Shown: piece after piece, positions 48,593 through 57,582 of the stretch
Layout: the number at the start of each line of letters is the position of its first letter
Position numbering within the stretch: position 1 is the stretch's first letter
Assembly: GCA_045655565.1 (NCBI GenBank)
Contig: JAZOPN010000054.1
Location: forward strand, 5,875-69,874
DNA from: Eubacteriales bacterium
GTDB lineage: Bacteria > Bacillota > Clostridia > Oscillospirales > CAG-272
DNA: 64,000 nucleotides
Reading direction: 5' to 3'
The notes under the pieces: model-generated
Told to the model about the DNA's origin: nothing
Database searches by the model: none
Seen by the model: the letters and a program-made list of their open reading frames with translations, nothing else
Program-made: the position numbers and the translations under genes

Positions 48593-50461
48593 TTATTTTC
48601 CCTGTGCTAGGTAAATTAGAAGAACAGATATATCCGCGGGGTTGACACCGCTGATGCGCGATGCCTGACCGATATTCATCGGTCTTATTTTATCAAGCTT
48701 CTCTATTGCCTCAAGGCGCAGACCTAAAATAGACTTGTAGTCTATGTCCTCGGGTATGCGCTTCTCATCGAGGCGCTTCTGCCTCTGTGCCTCGGTTATC
48801 TCGCGCTTGATATAGCCCTCATACTTCACCTGTATCTCGGCTGTTGTAACAACATCTATCGGCAGTGATGGACGGTCGGCATCAACCTCGGCTAAAATAT
48901 CATATGTGATGCCGGGACGGCGTAGAAGCTCCGCCAGCTTTATTCCACTCTTAACCTCTGCCTGTCCGATGCGGCGCATTAGGTCATTCACCGCACACGG
49001 TGAGAGGGATGTCCTATTCAGCCTATCTATTTCCGCCCTTACCATAGCCTGCTTTTCAAGGTAGCGCGAGTAGCGTTCCTCGTCGATTAATCCGACGCGC
49101 CTACCAAAATCGGTGAGCCTGGCATCGGCATTATCCTGTCTGAGAAGCAGTCTGTATTCGCTGCGCGAGGTCATCATTCTGTACGGCTCTTCCGTCCCCT
49201 TGGTGACGAGGTCATCTATCAGCGTGCCGATATAGGATGTGTCGCGCGTGAGTACCATCGGCTCCTCACCCTTGATTTTTAGCGCGGCGTTAATTCCTGC
49301 GACAAGCCCCTGTGCTGCCGCTTCCTCATAGCCGGATGTGCCACAGAACTGCCCGGCACCGTATAGCCCCCTCACCCTCTTGAACTCAAGAGTTGCGAGA
49401 AGCTCTGTCGGGTTGATGCAGTCATACTCTATCGCGTATGCGTAGCGCATAATCTCGGCATTCTCAAAACCGGGGAGAGAGCGAAGCATATCATATTGAA
49501 CATCTGTCGGCATAGAGGTGGAGAAGCCTTGAATATACATCTCGTCCGTGTCAAGCCCGCAAGGCTCGACAAATAGCTGATGCCTCTCCTTGTCACTAAA
49601 TCTTACAAGCTTGGTTTCGATTGACGGGCAGTACCTAGGGCCTGTGCCGACTATATTGCCCGAATACATCGCAGAGCGGTCGAGATTATCGAGGATTATT
49701 CTGTGCGTGTCCTTGTTGGTGTAGACTATATGGCAGACCTCGAGGTTTGTTTCCTCACCGCTTTTTCTTTCGCTTAACGACGAGAATGGTGTGGGGTTAT
49801 CCTCGCCCTCTTGAACCTCTAGGACAGAAAAATCTATCGAGCGACGATGCACCCTCGCAGGTGTACCTGTCTTAAAGCGTCTTACCTCAATGCCGATTTC
49901 TCTAAGAGATGCCGAAAGCTCGGTTGCCGGCATAAGGCCGTCAGGCCCCGACGAAAACACCTCATCACCGACAAATATCTCTGCCGAGAGGAATGTTCCC
50001 ACCGCGATAATAACCGCCTCTGCCTGCCATACCTCGCCCATTCCGGTGCGTATTCCCGTGACACGGGTGCTACTCTCGTCTGTTATCAGCGATGTGACCT
50101 CTGCTTGTATTAGGCGCAGGTTTGGCTCTGTCTCGAGCGTCCTTTTCATTATTCTTTTATATAGTGCGCGGTCTGCCTGCACTCGCTTAGCATGAACGGC
50201 AGAGCCCTTACCGAGGTTGAGTGTGCGCGACTGTATTGTGGCAAGGTCTGCACATCTGCCCATCTCACCACCCAGGGCATCTATCTCATATACGAGATGC
50301 CCCTTAGCACTACCGCCTATCGAGGGATTGCAGGGCATATTTCCGACAGCATCCAGCGAGGTCGTGAAAAGTGCGGTGTCAACGCCCATTCTTGCTGCTG
50401 CGAGAGCTGCCTCAATACCGGCGTGACCTGCGCCTATTACAATTATCTTAGTTTTCTGCAC
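48593..50461 (-). CDS. mnmG: tRNA uridine 5-carboxymethylaminomethyl modification enzyme MnmG (GidA)
   Basis: IIVIGAGHAGIEAA FAD site, ..GPRYCPSIE.., long GidA C-terminal domain. Start placed at GTG 50461 after AGGAGGGAAGA. Confidence 0.93.
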   Translation of the reverse strand: MQKTKIIVIGAGHAGIEAALAAARMGVDTALFTTSLDAVGNMPCNPSIGGSAKGHLVYEIDALGGEMGRCADLATIQSRTLNLGKGSAVHAKRVQADRALYKRIMKRTLETEPNLRLIQAEVTSLITDESSTRVTGIRTGMGEVWQAEAVIIAVGTFLSAEIFVGDEVFSSGPDGLMPATELSASLREIGIEVRRFKTGTPARVHRRSIDFSVLEVQEGEDNPTPFSSLSERKSGEETNLEVCHIVYTNKDTHRIILDNLDRSAMYSGNIVGTGPRYCPSIETKLVRFSDKERHQLFVEPCGLDTDEMYIQGFSTSMPTDVQYDMLRSLPGFENAEIMRYAYAIEYDCINPTELLATLEFKRVRGLYGAGQFCGTSGYEEAAAQGLVAGINAALKIKGEEPMVLTRDTSYIGTLIDDLVTKGTEEPYRMMTSRSEYRLLLRQDNADARLTDFGRRVGLIDEERYSRYLEKQAMVRAEIDRLNRTSLSPCAVNDLMRRIGQAEVKSGIKLAELLRRPGITYDILAEVDADRPSLPIDVVTTAEIQVKYEGYIKREITEAQRQKRLDEKRIPEDIDYKSILGLRLEAIEKLDKIRPMNIGQASRISGVNPADISVLLIYLAQGK

Positions 50462-50509
50462 ACTCTTCCCTCCTCTCGTATGCTTTAACATTCTTTCTAC
50501 AATTTCTAG

Positions 50510-51283
50510 CTAAAACTTAACACGGGTGATGTCTGTTACCCGTTTTCTATCTTCATCAATGGTGAAAATTGCACCATACGCCACAGGCGCGCCACTTGCC
50601 GCCTCGTATTTTAGCGGTAGATGCGTGCGCATTCTCTTGACTATCATCTCGGGGTCCATACCGAGTATTCCGCCGCTCTCACCGCACATACCGATATCGG
50701 TGATGTAGCCTGTACCGCGTGGCAATATCTGCTCGTCGGCGGTCTGCACGTGTGTATGCGTGCCATATACAACCTGTATTCTGCCGTCAAAGGCGTAGGC
50801 TATCGCCATCTTCTCGCCGGTTGCCTCGGCGTGTATATCCAGTACGGCAATATCGTATCTTCCCGCCTCGCGCAGAAGCACGCGCTCTATCGCATCAAAC
50901 GGAGAGCTTAAAACAGGGTCGATATTAACCGTGCCCATAGCCGAAATAACCAAGACACGGTAGCCCATACAGTCGAGTATCGTGTAGCCCGAGCCGGGTG
51001 CCTCGCTACCGAAGTTAACAGGGCGAAGCATGCGTTCCTCGCCGTCGATATACGACCAAACCGCCTTATTTCTTAGGGTGTGGTTGCCACCCGTCAGGCA
51101 ATCTGCACCGGCATCGAGCATCCTCTCGGCAATTTCACTCGATGCCCCGGTTATAAATGATGCATTTTCAGCATTTACAATACACAGGTCTATCCTATGC
51201 TTGTCGCGCATCTGCCATAGCCTGCTCTCCAGGTGCATAACACCGCGCGGACTGGTAACATCACCGATAACAAGAATTTTCAT
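50510..51283 (-). CDS. ymdB: YmdB-family metallophosphoesterase (2',3'-cyclic-nucleotide phosphodiesterase-like)
   Basis: MKILVIGDV..VNAENA..TGGNH..HAEATGEK..GTHTHV, metallophosphoesterase motifs in the YmdB arrangement. 257 aa. Confidence 0.8.
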   Translation of the reverse strand: MKILVIGDVTSPRGVMHLESRLWQMRDKHRIDLCIVNAENASFITGASSEIAERMLDAGADCLTGGNHTLRNKAVWSYIDGEERMLRPVNFGSEAPGSGYTILDCMGYRVLVISAMGTVNIDPVLSSPFDAIERVLLREAGRYDIAVLDIHAEATGEKMAIAYAFDGRIQVVYGTHTHVQTADEQILPRGTGYITDIGMCGESGGILGMDPEMIVKRMRTHLPLKYEAASGAPVAYGAIFTIDEDRKRVTDITRVKF

Positions 51284-51327
51284 TTTTATAAGTCCAATCT
51301 ATCCCCGAGTGGGGTAAAGTTAATTAT

Positions 51328-51356
51328 ATTGTAGCATAATACTACCGGTTTTGCAA
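51328..51356 (-). promoter_or_regulatory. Candidate promoter for ymdB-mnmG
   Basis: Minus strand TTGCAA-17 nt-TACAAT with TG extension (TGCTACAAT). Confidence 0.5.
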
Positions 51357-51377
51357 GGTGCAATTAGCCAACCGGGC

Positions 51378-52484
51378 TTAGACGCATACCAAAAGGCAAA
51401 ACAGCATCATTATCCCGAGAAAGGCGAAGTTATATGCCGAGAACACCCCCAGATACTTAATCCCACCTCTCGGATTGTGCTCGGTATATTCTCTAAAGGT
51501 AATGAGGCTGGCAAGCGACGAAATAATTGTGCCACAGCCACCGATATTGACACCGAGAAGAAGCTCCTTGTAGTTCTCTGTAAACTGCGATAGAAGTATA
51601 GCAGAGGGCACATTACTGATAAACTGACAGCTAAGAGCCGACACAGCCAAAACCGACTTATCAAGTAGGAATGAGAACACCTCGCGCACGGCGTCTATTC
51701 TCGCCATATTGCCTGAGAATATGAAGAAGAACACAAAGGTAAGGAGCAGTCCGTAGTCAACCTTGGCGAGGGCAGCTGGGTCCATAATCAGTATTATCGG
51801 AATTATAATCAGCGCGTAGTAATATGGGATAAATCTAAAGACGCACACTATCGCAAAGGCGAAAAGAACAAGGTATAACGCGACACGGGGTATAGGTAGA
51901 CGCTTAGATTTGCCCGAAAGCTCGAGTGGCTCTGGTCTGATGAATATTAAGGTTGAGAGGGTGATTAACGCTATCGCAAGGAGAAACGGTGGGAGCATTA
52001 TCCCCATAAATTCGAGGTCGGGAATATTAAATTTTGAATAGAGGTAAAGGTTCTGCGGATTGCCAAACGGGGTGAGCATACCGCCGAGGTTGGCGGCTAT
52101 GTTTTGCAGTATGAACACGTGGCACATATACTTTTCTTTTTTTGTGCTTATGAGGACGAGGTAGCCGAGGGGCAGGAATGTGAGCAGTGCCATATCATTG
52201 GCTATAAGCATAGAGCCTATGAATGTTATGTAGACTAGTGCGAGGCTCGCAACTCTTGTATTCTTAAATTTTTTGACGATTACCTCGGCAATGGTGTAGA
52301 AAAAGCGCACATTCTTCAGCGCGCAGACTACCGCGAGAACGACGAACAGGCAGGTAAGAGTGCGCAGGTCAAAATAGTCAAGATATTTAATATCCGGCGG
52401 AATGATTATAGAGGTTATAAGGGCGGCAAGTGCCGCTATCAGCATTACCATATTAGTTTTGACGAAGAAGAACAATTTTTTCAT
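51378..52484 (-). CDS. ArsB/NhaD-superfamily (citrate-transporter-like) permease
   Basis: 368 aa with ~10 TM helices. ..IGSMLIANDMALLTFLP.. and ..NIGGCGTIISSLASL.. resemble the ion-transporter-superfamily repeats. Substrate unknown. Confidence 0.6.
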   Translation of the reverse strand: MKKLFFFVKTNMVMLIAALAALITSIIIPPDIKYLDYFDLRTLTCLFVVLAVVCALKNVRFFYTIAEVIVKKFKNTRVASLALVYITFIGSMLIANDMALLTFLPLGYLVLISTKKEKYMCHVFILQNIAANLGGMLTPFGNPQNLYLYSKFNIPDLEFMGIMLPPFLLAIALITLSTLIFIRPEPLELSGKSKRLPIPRVALYLVLFAFAIVCVFRFIPYYYALIIIPIILIMDPAALAKVDYGLLLTFVFFFIFSGNMARIDAVREVFSFLLDKSVLAVSALSCQFISNVPSAILLSQFTENYKELLLGVNIGGCGTIISSLASLITFREYTEHNPRGGIKYLGVFSAYNFAFLGIMMLFCLLVCV

Positions 52485-52711
52485 AGGTCGCCTCCCTTTT
52501 ACTCTGTATATGCCATAATTCTACCACATACTAATATATAATATCCCAGGGAGAAAATCAATAGAAAAATGAAATAAAAGCTTTACCCGTGTTACAAAAA
52601 CGACTATTTTATAAAGCAATTTTTAACATTCAATAAACTTTTCTTAAAGCAGGTTGAAAAACTTCCAATAATAAACTATAATGGTGGTAAAGAAACCGAT
52701 ATGGGGTATTT

Positions 52712-53278
52712 ATGTTTGCAAAACTGATATATGACTTTTTCTTCATTAACCTAAAGGATTATCCGAACATAGGTATAGACTTTGAGATAAATGTGTTTCT
52801 TCTCGTTTTAACTGTCGCACTCTGTGTCTCGTTCTTCTTTATCAACCATTATAGAAATATGATGCAGTCGATAATTAAGCAGCTGACGCGCCACGGCGCT
52901 AAGGACGAGGAAAGCGCAAAGACGCTGACAGAGCTGGGCCTTGACCGTGCATTCGCTCTAAAGTGGGCACTCTCAAGAGGCGGTCAGCTCTCTCGCGTAG
53001 TCGCGAGAGTCGGCGAGAAGACCTACACCTATGAGGAATATGTTGCCCTCTCTAAGCAAAAGGGTGGCATCAAGGACGAGAAGATCGACTTTGCCGAGGC
53101 GAGGTTTTACATCCGCGAGAGTGCGAATGACCGCGCGAAGCATATCCTTGAAAATTACGGAACATCCACTCCTCGTGCCGTACTATATTGTGTGCTATTT
53201 CTCGCAATGTATGTCTGCCTCGCACTATCTATGCCTGAGCTTCTTTCGCTGATAAACAACTGGCTCGGCGGTGTGTGA
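52712..53278 (+). CDS. Hypothetical membrane protein (2 TM)
   Basis: 188 aa. TM helices near both ends with a charged soluble middle. No family recognised. Confidence 0.55.
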   Translation: MFAKLIYDFFFINLKDYPNIGIDFEINVFLLVLTVALCVSFFFINHYRNMMQSIIKQLTRHGAKDEESAKTLTELGLDRAFALKWALSRGGQLSRVVARVGEKTYTYEEYVALSKQKGGIKDEKIDFAEARFYIRESANDRAKHILENYGTSTPRAVLYCVLFLAMYVCLALSMPELLSLINNWLGGV

Positions 53279-53282
53279 ATAT

Positions 53283-53325
53283 AAAAAAACAAGGTTTAGC
53301 TTTTTGTTAAACCTTGTTTTTATTT
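53283..53325. terminator. Bidirectional terminator
   Basis: AACAAGGTTTA-N9-TAAACCTTGTT stem flanked by AAAAAAA and TTTTT. Lies between convergent genes. Confidence 0.7.
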
Positions 53326-53390
53326 TAATTAAGTAAGAATTATGCCAAGTTGGATAGTTATAAACAGAAAAAACTGATTGTATTAATTAT

Positions 53391-54290
53391 CTATACTTCC
53401 TCAAAGAATGTGTCGCCACACAGCCTACGGAGAAGCTCGTCAAGGTCCTCGTTGTCCTCGTAGTAGAGGGTGAGGGTCTTTTTCTTACCCTTTGCCTTGA
53501 TTTCTGCCTTTCTGACGAGCTCGCGCTGGATGCGAAGCTCCATCTCGCGCACATAGACGACAAGAGGCTGCTCATCTTCCTTTTTCTCGCGCTTCTGTCT
53601 TGTGGGGTGGTTGGCAACGCGTACCGCCTCTTCCAATTCACGCACCGACATATCGCCCTCTGCCGCGCGCTGTGCGAGAAGAAGCATATCATCTTTGTTG
53701 TTTAGACCGAGTAGCACCTTGGCATGACCTGAGCTAAGCTCGCCTGCCGCTACCATAACAATTACCTCGTCGGGTAGGTCAAGTAGACGCATAGAGTTCG
53801 CGATAGCGCTTCTCGACTTGCCTACGCGCAGCGAAATCTCCTCTTGGGTAAGACCGTACTCCAGCTTTAGTGCGAGGAAGCCCTTTGCCTCTTCGATCGG
53901 GTTTAGATTTTCGCGCTGTATGTTCTCGATAAGCGCGATTTCGGCTACCTCTCTGTCAGACTTGTCGAGAATAAGTGCCGGTATCTCGCTAAGGCCGGCA
54001 ATTTTGGACGCGCGGAAACGCCTCTCTCCGGCAATTATCTGGTATCTGCCCATCGCAATCTCGCGCACCAAGATGGGCTGTAATAAGCCGTTTTCTTTTA
54101 TTGATGTTGCAAGCTCCTCAAGCGCCTCTCTGTCAAAGTATTTTCTAGGCTGGTCACCCTTGGGGTCGATTAGGGATATTGAAAGTTCGGTAACTTTGCC
54201 CTCTCTGCCCTCGTTGCCCTCAAGCTCTGCATTATCTAAAAATATCGCATCAAGACCCCTACCGAGGCCGCTGTTCTTCTTTCTTCCCAT
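53391..54290 (-). CDS. parB: Chromosome partitioning protein ParB (Spo0J)
   Basis: GLGRGLDAI, ..QPILVR..YQIIAGERRFRA.. ParB box, HTH (LTQEEISLRVGKSRSAIANSMRLL). 299 aa. Confidence 0.88.
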   Translation of the reverse strand: MGRKKNSGLGRGLDAIFLDNAELEGNEGREGKVTELSISLIDPKGDQPRKYFDREALEELATSIKENGLLQPILVREIAMGRYQIIAGERRFRASKIAGLSEIPALILDKSDREVAEIALIENIQRENLNPIEEAKGFLALKLEYGLTQEEISLRVGKSRSAIANSMRLLDLPDEVIVMVAAGELSSGHAKVLLGLNNKDDMLLLAQRAAEGDMSVRELEEAVRVANHPTRQKREKKEDEQPLVVYVREMELRIQRELVRKAEIKAKGKKKTLTLYYEDNEDLDELLRRLCGDTFFEEV

Positions 54291-54465
54291 TGTATTCTCC
54301 TGTTACTGTATGGTAAACAATTATTTACATTTTGTCGATATTAATTGGTTTTTCATAGTTGTTTGCATATATTAGTAGCCCGACAGGTGGTACTAATTTA
54401 TCGTCTTAGGGAGCACTCGTGTCGGTTTTTGCCGTATTAGGGCGAAGCCACAAGGCTTCGGGGGG

Positions 54466-55233
54466 TCATATCCTCATAACCAGCTCTTTTGCTACTGCGG
54501 CATACTCTAGCGAGCCCTTGCCGTAGGGATCGTGATAGCATATCGGCTCACCGTAGGACGGAGCCTCGGAAATCCTGACGGTACGAGAAATCGGCACCTT
54601 AAATAGAATGTCCTGATAATACTTTCTTAGCTCACCAACAACCTGATTGGTTAGTGTTAATCTACCGTTATACATTGTAAGAAGAATTCCTACGAGCTGA
54701 AGCTCCGGGTTGTATAACTGTCTTATTCTTTTTACTGTGTTTAGAAGCTGTGACATACCCTCTAGCGAATAAAACTCACACTGCATAGGTATTACAACGC
54801 CGTCCGAAGTTGATAAAGCCTTAACGGTAAGCATACCAAGTGATGGCGGACAATCAATAAATATGTAATCGAATTTATCCCTAATTGTGTCGAGGGGCAG
54901 CTTAGAGGTGAAGCTAACACCGTCCTCTAGGTCGTATAGCTCAAGCTCTGCTCCGGCGAGATCGATTGTCGCGGGTATAATGGATAAATTGTTGAATTTT
55001 GTCTTGATGATTGCTTCGTCTGCACTGCATCTTCCGATGATAACATCGTATATTGTCTTTTTGACCTTTGATTTAGGAACGCCAAGACCGCTTGTCGCAT
55101 TTCCTTGGGGGTCTAAATCTATAATAAGCACCTTTTTGCCCATTTTTTTGGCGATTTGTGCCGCTATATTGATACATGAGGTTGTCTTGCCCACTCCGCC
55201 CTTTTGATTGGAAAATGATATTATTTTAGCCAT
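54466..55233 (-). CDS. parA: Chromosome partitioning ATPase ParA (Soj)
   Basis: Deviant Walker A NQKGGVGKTT, ..IDLDPQGNAT.., ..IIDCPPSLG... 255 aa. Confidence 0.9.
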   Translation of the reverse strand: MAKIISFSNQKGGVGKTTSCINIAAQIAKKMGKKVLIIDLDPQGNATSGLGVPKSKVKKTIYDVIIGRCSADEAIIKTKFNNLSIIPATIDLAGAELELYDLEDGVSFTSKLPLDTIRDKFDYIFIDCPPSLGMLTVKALSTSDGVVIPMQCEFYSLEGMSQLLNTVKRIRQLYNPELQLVGILLTMYNGRLTLTNQVVGELRKYYQDILFKVPISRTVRISEAPSYGEPICYHDPYGKGSLEYAAVAKELVMRI

Positions 55234-55638
55234 CGTTGTTTTCCTCTACTGTTTTATAATTCTAATAACGCGCTTTTTACACTATTGCATCAGATTAATG
55301 ATATATAAAGAGTTAACTTATATAATGTATTAATCACGCTCTAATATTACCAAATATTACCAAAAACCAAGATTATATTAAATATAATCTATATTCGTGA
55401 ATATTAAAAATACATTGGTTTTACGTTTTTGAAGTATTGGTAATTATAATATCGCATTCTCTTTATATAATATATGGGGGTGTTGCGCATTGAAAAAATA
55501 AACATTTGCCTAGGATTTTTACAATGTAATATATTTAGAAGATGCAATTACATTATTAGTATACCATAAAATAGAGCTAAAAGCAATATTATTTAATTTA
55601 TTTTATTAAAATTTGCTAATGAATGAGTTCTATGGTGT

Positions 55639-55654
55639 TGTTCCACGTGGAACA
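55639..55654. promoter_or_regulatory. parS centromere-like site (perfect palindrome)
   Basis: TGTTCCACGTGGAACA, compared with the Firmicute parS consensus TGTTNCACGTGAAACA. 405 bp from the parA start. Confidence 0.85.
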
Positions 55655-55902
55655 TTTTCATATTTAGATAATAACATAAAAATCGGCACTCTATTACCGA
55701 ATTTATTGATTGGGAAGAATATTTTGTTAATAACTCTAATTAAATACTGCAATATATAAATGAGGTTGAACCATAAAAGACAAGCCTTTTAACACGCTTT
55801 AGTGCCATATAATTGTTTAAGATTTTGCATTTTTATATACTGCGTGGATTAATGGATATAAAACTGCTAAAGATTGCCGGTTTTTTAATCAACTAGTTAA
55901 AA

Positions 55903-55918
55903 ATGTTCTACGTGGAAC
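55903..55918. promoter_or_regulatory. parS centromere-like site (one asymmetric position)
   Basis: TGTTCTACGTGGAACA, 264 bp from the first site. Confidence 0.75.
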
Positions 55919-56697
55919 AATTAAGGGTAAATATATTTAATAACAATTGGTGAGATTTTTAATTGTTATTAGTGTTAATTTGCGAACATATCATGTGCAA
56001 GGCGCGCCGAGAAATAATTTATTTTATTAAAACTCTTACAGTGGGGGGTGCTCCAAATATCGCTCTTGTTTGATATTGTTCATTAATTAGTTGAAAATCG
56101 AGAAAAAAGTCTGAAAACATCCAATGCAAAGTGCATATAAGGATTTAGGGGCGCTTTTTATTATACACCAAAGGTGTTAATAATGGTCTGTTGTAATAAG
56201 TGGTTCTTAATAATCGTTTTTGTAGTGATTTACTTATTTTAGTATAATTGCTCAATATTTGCACATTTTTGTTTTATATACTACAATCGTGTACTATTTG
56301 TGTAATATCGGTAAAAATATAAACTAATAATGAAATAAATGTAATAATATGGTAATTAATACATCTCATATTGTTTATTCATGTTTTTTGTATATATGCA
56401 TATTTATATAGTAAAAAATACGAACTAAAATATTTTTGCATAAAAATGATGGCTAAAAGAGTGCGAAAATTACACCTTTTCGTAGTAAAACGCCATAATT
56501 ATTGCGTTGAAAAAATGCTAAATCGTAAATAGTGCGAATAAACTACTTGGTTTTTCATTATAGTATTTTATCTTGAAACGGGTAAAATTTTTGAATTTAT
56601 TTTTTAGATTTTTCCCGTTTTGTGACTTGTCTTTTTTCTTAATTGTATTTTCCTGCTTCATTTTTATTATATTAATAATATTTAATTAATATTTAAT

Positions 56698-56726
56698 TTG
56701 ATTTTTTTGTTAATTAGTGGTATAAT
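56698..56726 (+). promoter_or_regulatory. Sigma-A-like promoter for the histidine phosphatase gene
   Basis: TTGATT-17 nt-TATAAT with TG extension (TGGTATAAT), ~100 nt upstream of the ATG at 56826. Confidence 0.5.
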
Positions 56727-56825
56727 GTTATCATAGTAATTAAGATGGTGTATAACCTATGCTATTGAATTTGCTGGTTAGCATCCTATTAATCGTTGCT
56801 TTCTTTTTAATTTTATCGAGGTTTT

Positions 56826-57467
56826 ATGAAAACTACAATATATCTAATTCGACACGGGCAGAGTATTGGTAACCGTCTGCACCTGATGCTCGGTCATACC
56901 GATCTTGACCTTACTGAATTAGGTCTTGCTCAGGCCAATGCTACTGCAGAGGCACTCTCAAATATTCATTTTGATGCGATATACTCCAGCGACCTTATTC
57001 GCGCTATGTATACCGCGCGCCCAAATGCTAATCTGCGAGGTATAGATGTTATTCCTGACAAGCGTTTTCGTGAGTTGTATCTTGGCGAGTGGGAGGGAAA
57101 GCACGTTGAGGATATTGCGAGAGATTATGGCGAGAAGTTCTCTGTCGAGTGGCGCGACAGGTTTGGTATCTTTCGCGCACCAAATGGCGAGAGTGTACCC
57201 GAACTGGCCGAGAGGATTTACACAGCACTTGTGAGTGTTGCGAGTGAGCACCCCGGTGAGACACTGGCGGTTGCTACTCACGCCGCGGCAATACGCGCAG
57301 TATGGGGCAAAATTTCTGACATTCAATCGTCCGACCTAGCCCACAGGTTGCCATTCCCCTCAAATGCATCATACTCTATCCTTGAGTATGATGGAGAGCG
57401 ACTTGTACCTGTTGCGTTCTCACAGGATGATCACCTTGCCGATATTATAACTACCTGGAAGGATTGA
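56826..57467 (+). CDS. Histidine phosphatase family protein (phosphoglycerate-mutase-like)
   Basis: IYLIRHGQSIGN (RHG motif), ..SSDLIRA.., ..LAVATHAAAIRA... 213 aa. Confidence 0.8.
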   Translation: MKTTIYLIRHGQSIGNRLHLMLGHTDLDLTELGLAQANATAEALSNIHFDAIYSSDLIRAMYTARPNANLRGIDVIPDKRFRELYLGEWEGKHVEDIARDYGEKFSVEWRDRFGIFRAPNGESVPELAERIYTALVSVASEHPGETLAVATHAAAIRAVWGKISDIQSSDLAHRLPFPSNASYSILEYDGERLVPVAFSQDDHLADIITTWKD

Positions 57468-57582
57468 TTGTCCTACATAGTAGGACAAATTTTGAGAAAA
57501 AAGAATAAAAGCGAGGTCGCGTTGCGCTCGGCAGTTGTCCGAGTGCCACCCGAGTTATAGAAAGGAGAGAAAAACAACAAGT

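Larger units (their letters stand above)
55234..56825. other. 1.6-kb AT-rich non-coding island
   Basis: No ORF >=60 aa on any frame in the supplied track. My hand counts on two 60-nt lines give 20% and 30% G+C, against about half in flanking genes. It lies at the divergent junction between minus-strand parA and the plus-strand block. Confidence 0.8.

Noticed and set aside
54291-54465. 175-bp gap between parA and parB containing a CGAAGCC-TTGT-GGCTTCG hairpin, considered as a hidden element.
   Set aside because: The hairpin is short with no U-tract. There is no repeat, parS or small ORF with an SD. It is probably just an intercistronic spacer with an internal parB promoter, and I have nothing to support more.
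55234-56825. The AT-rich island as the true oriC.
   Set aside because: I found no DnaA box within one mismatch of TTATCCACA there. The best matches are TTATACACC and CGTGGATTA, each with 2 mismatches. The box cluster is in the dnaA-dnaN spacer. I keep the island only as an open question in the findings.
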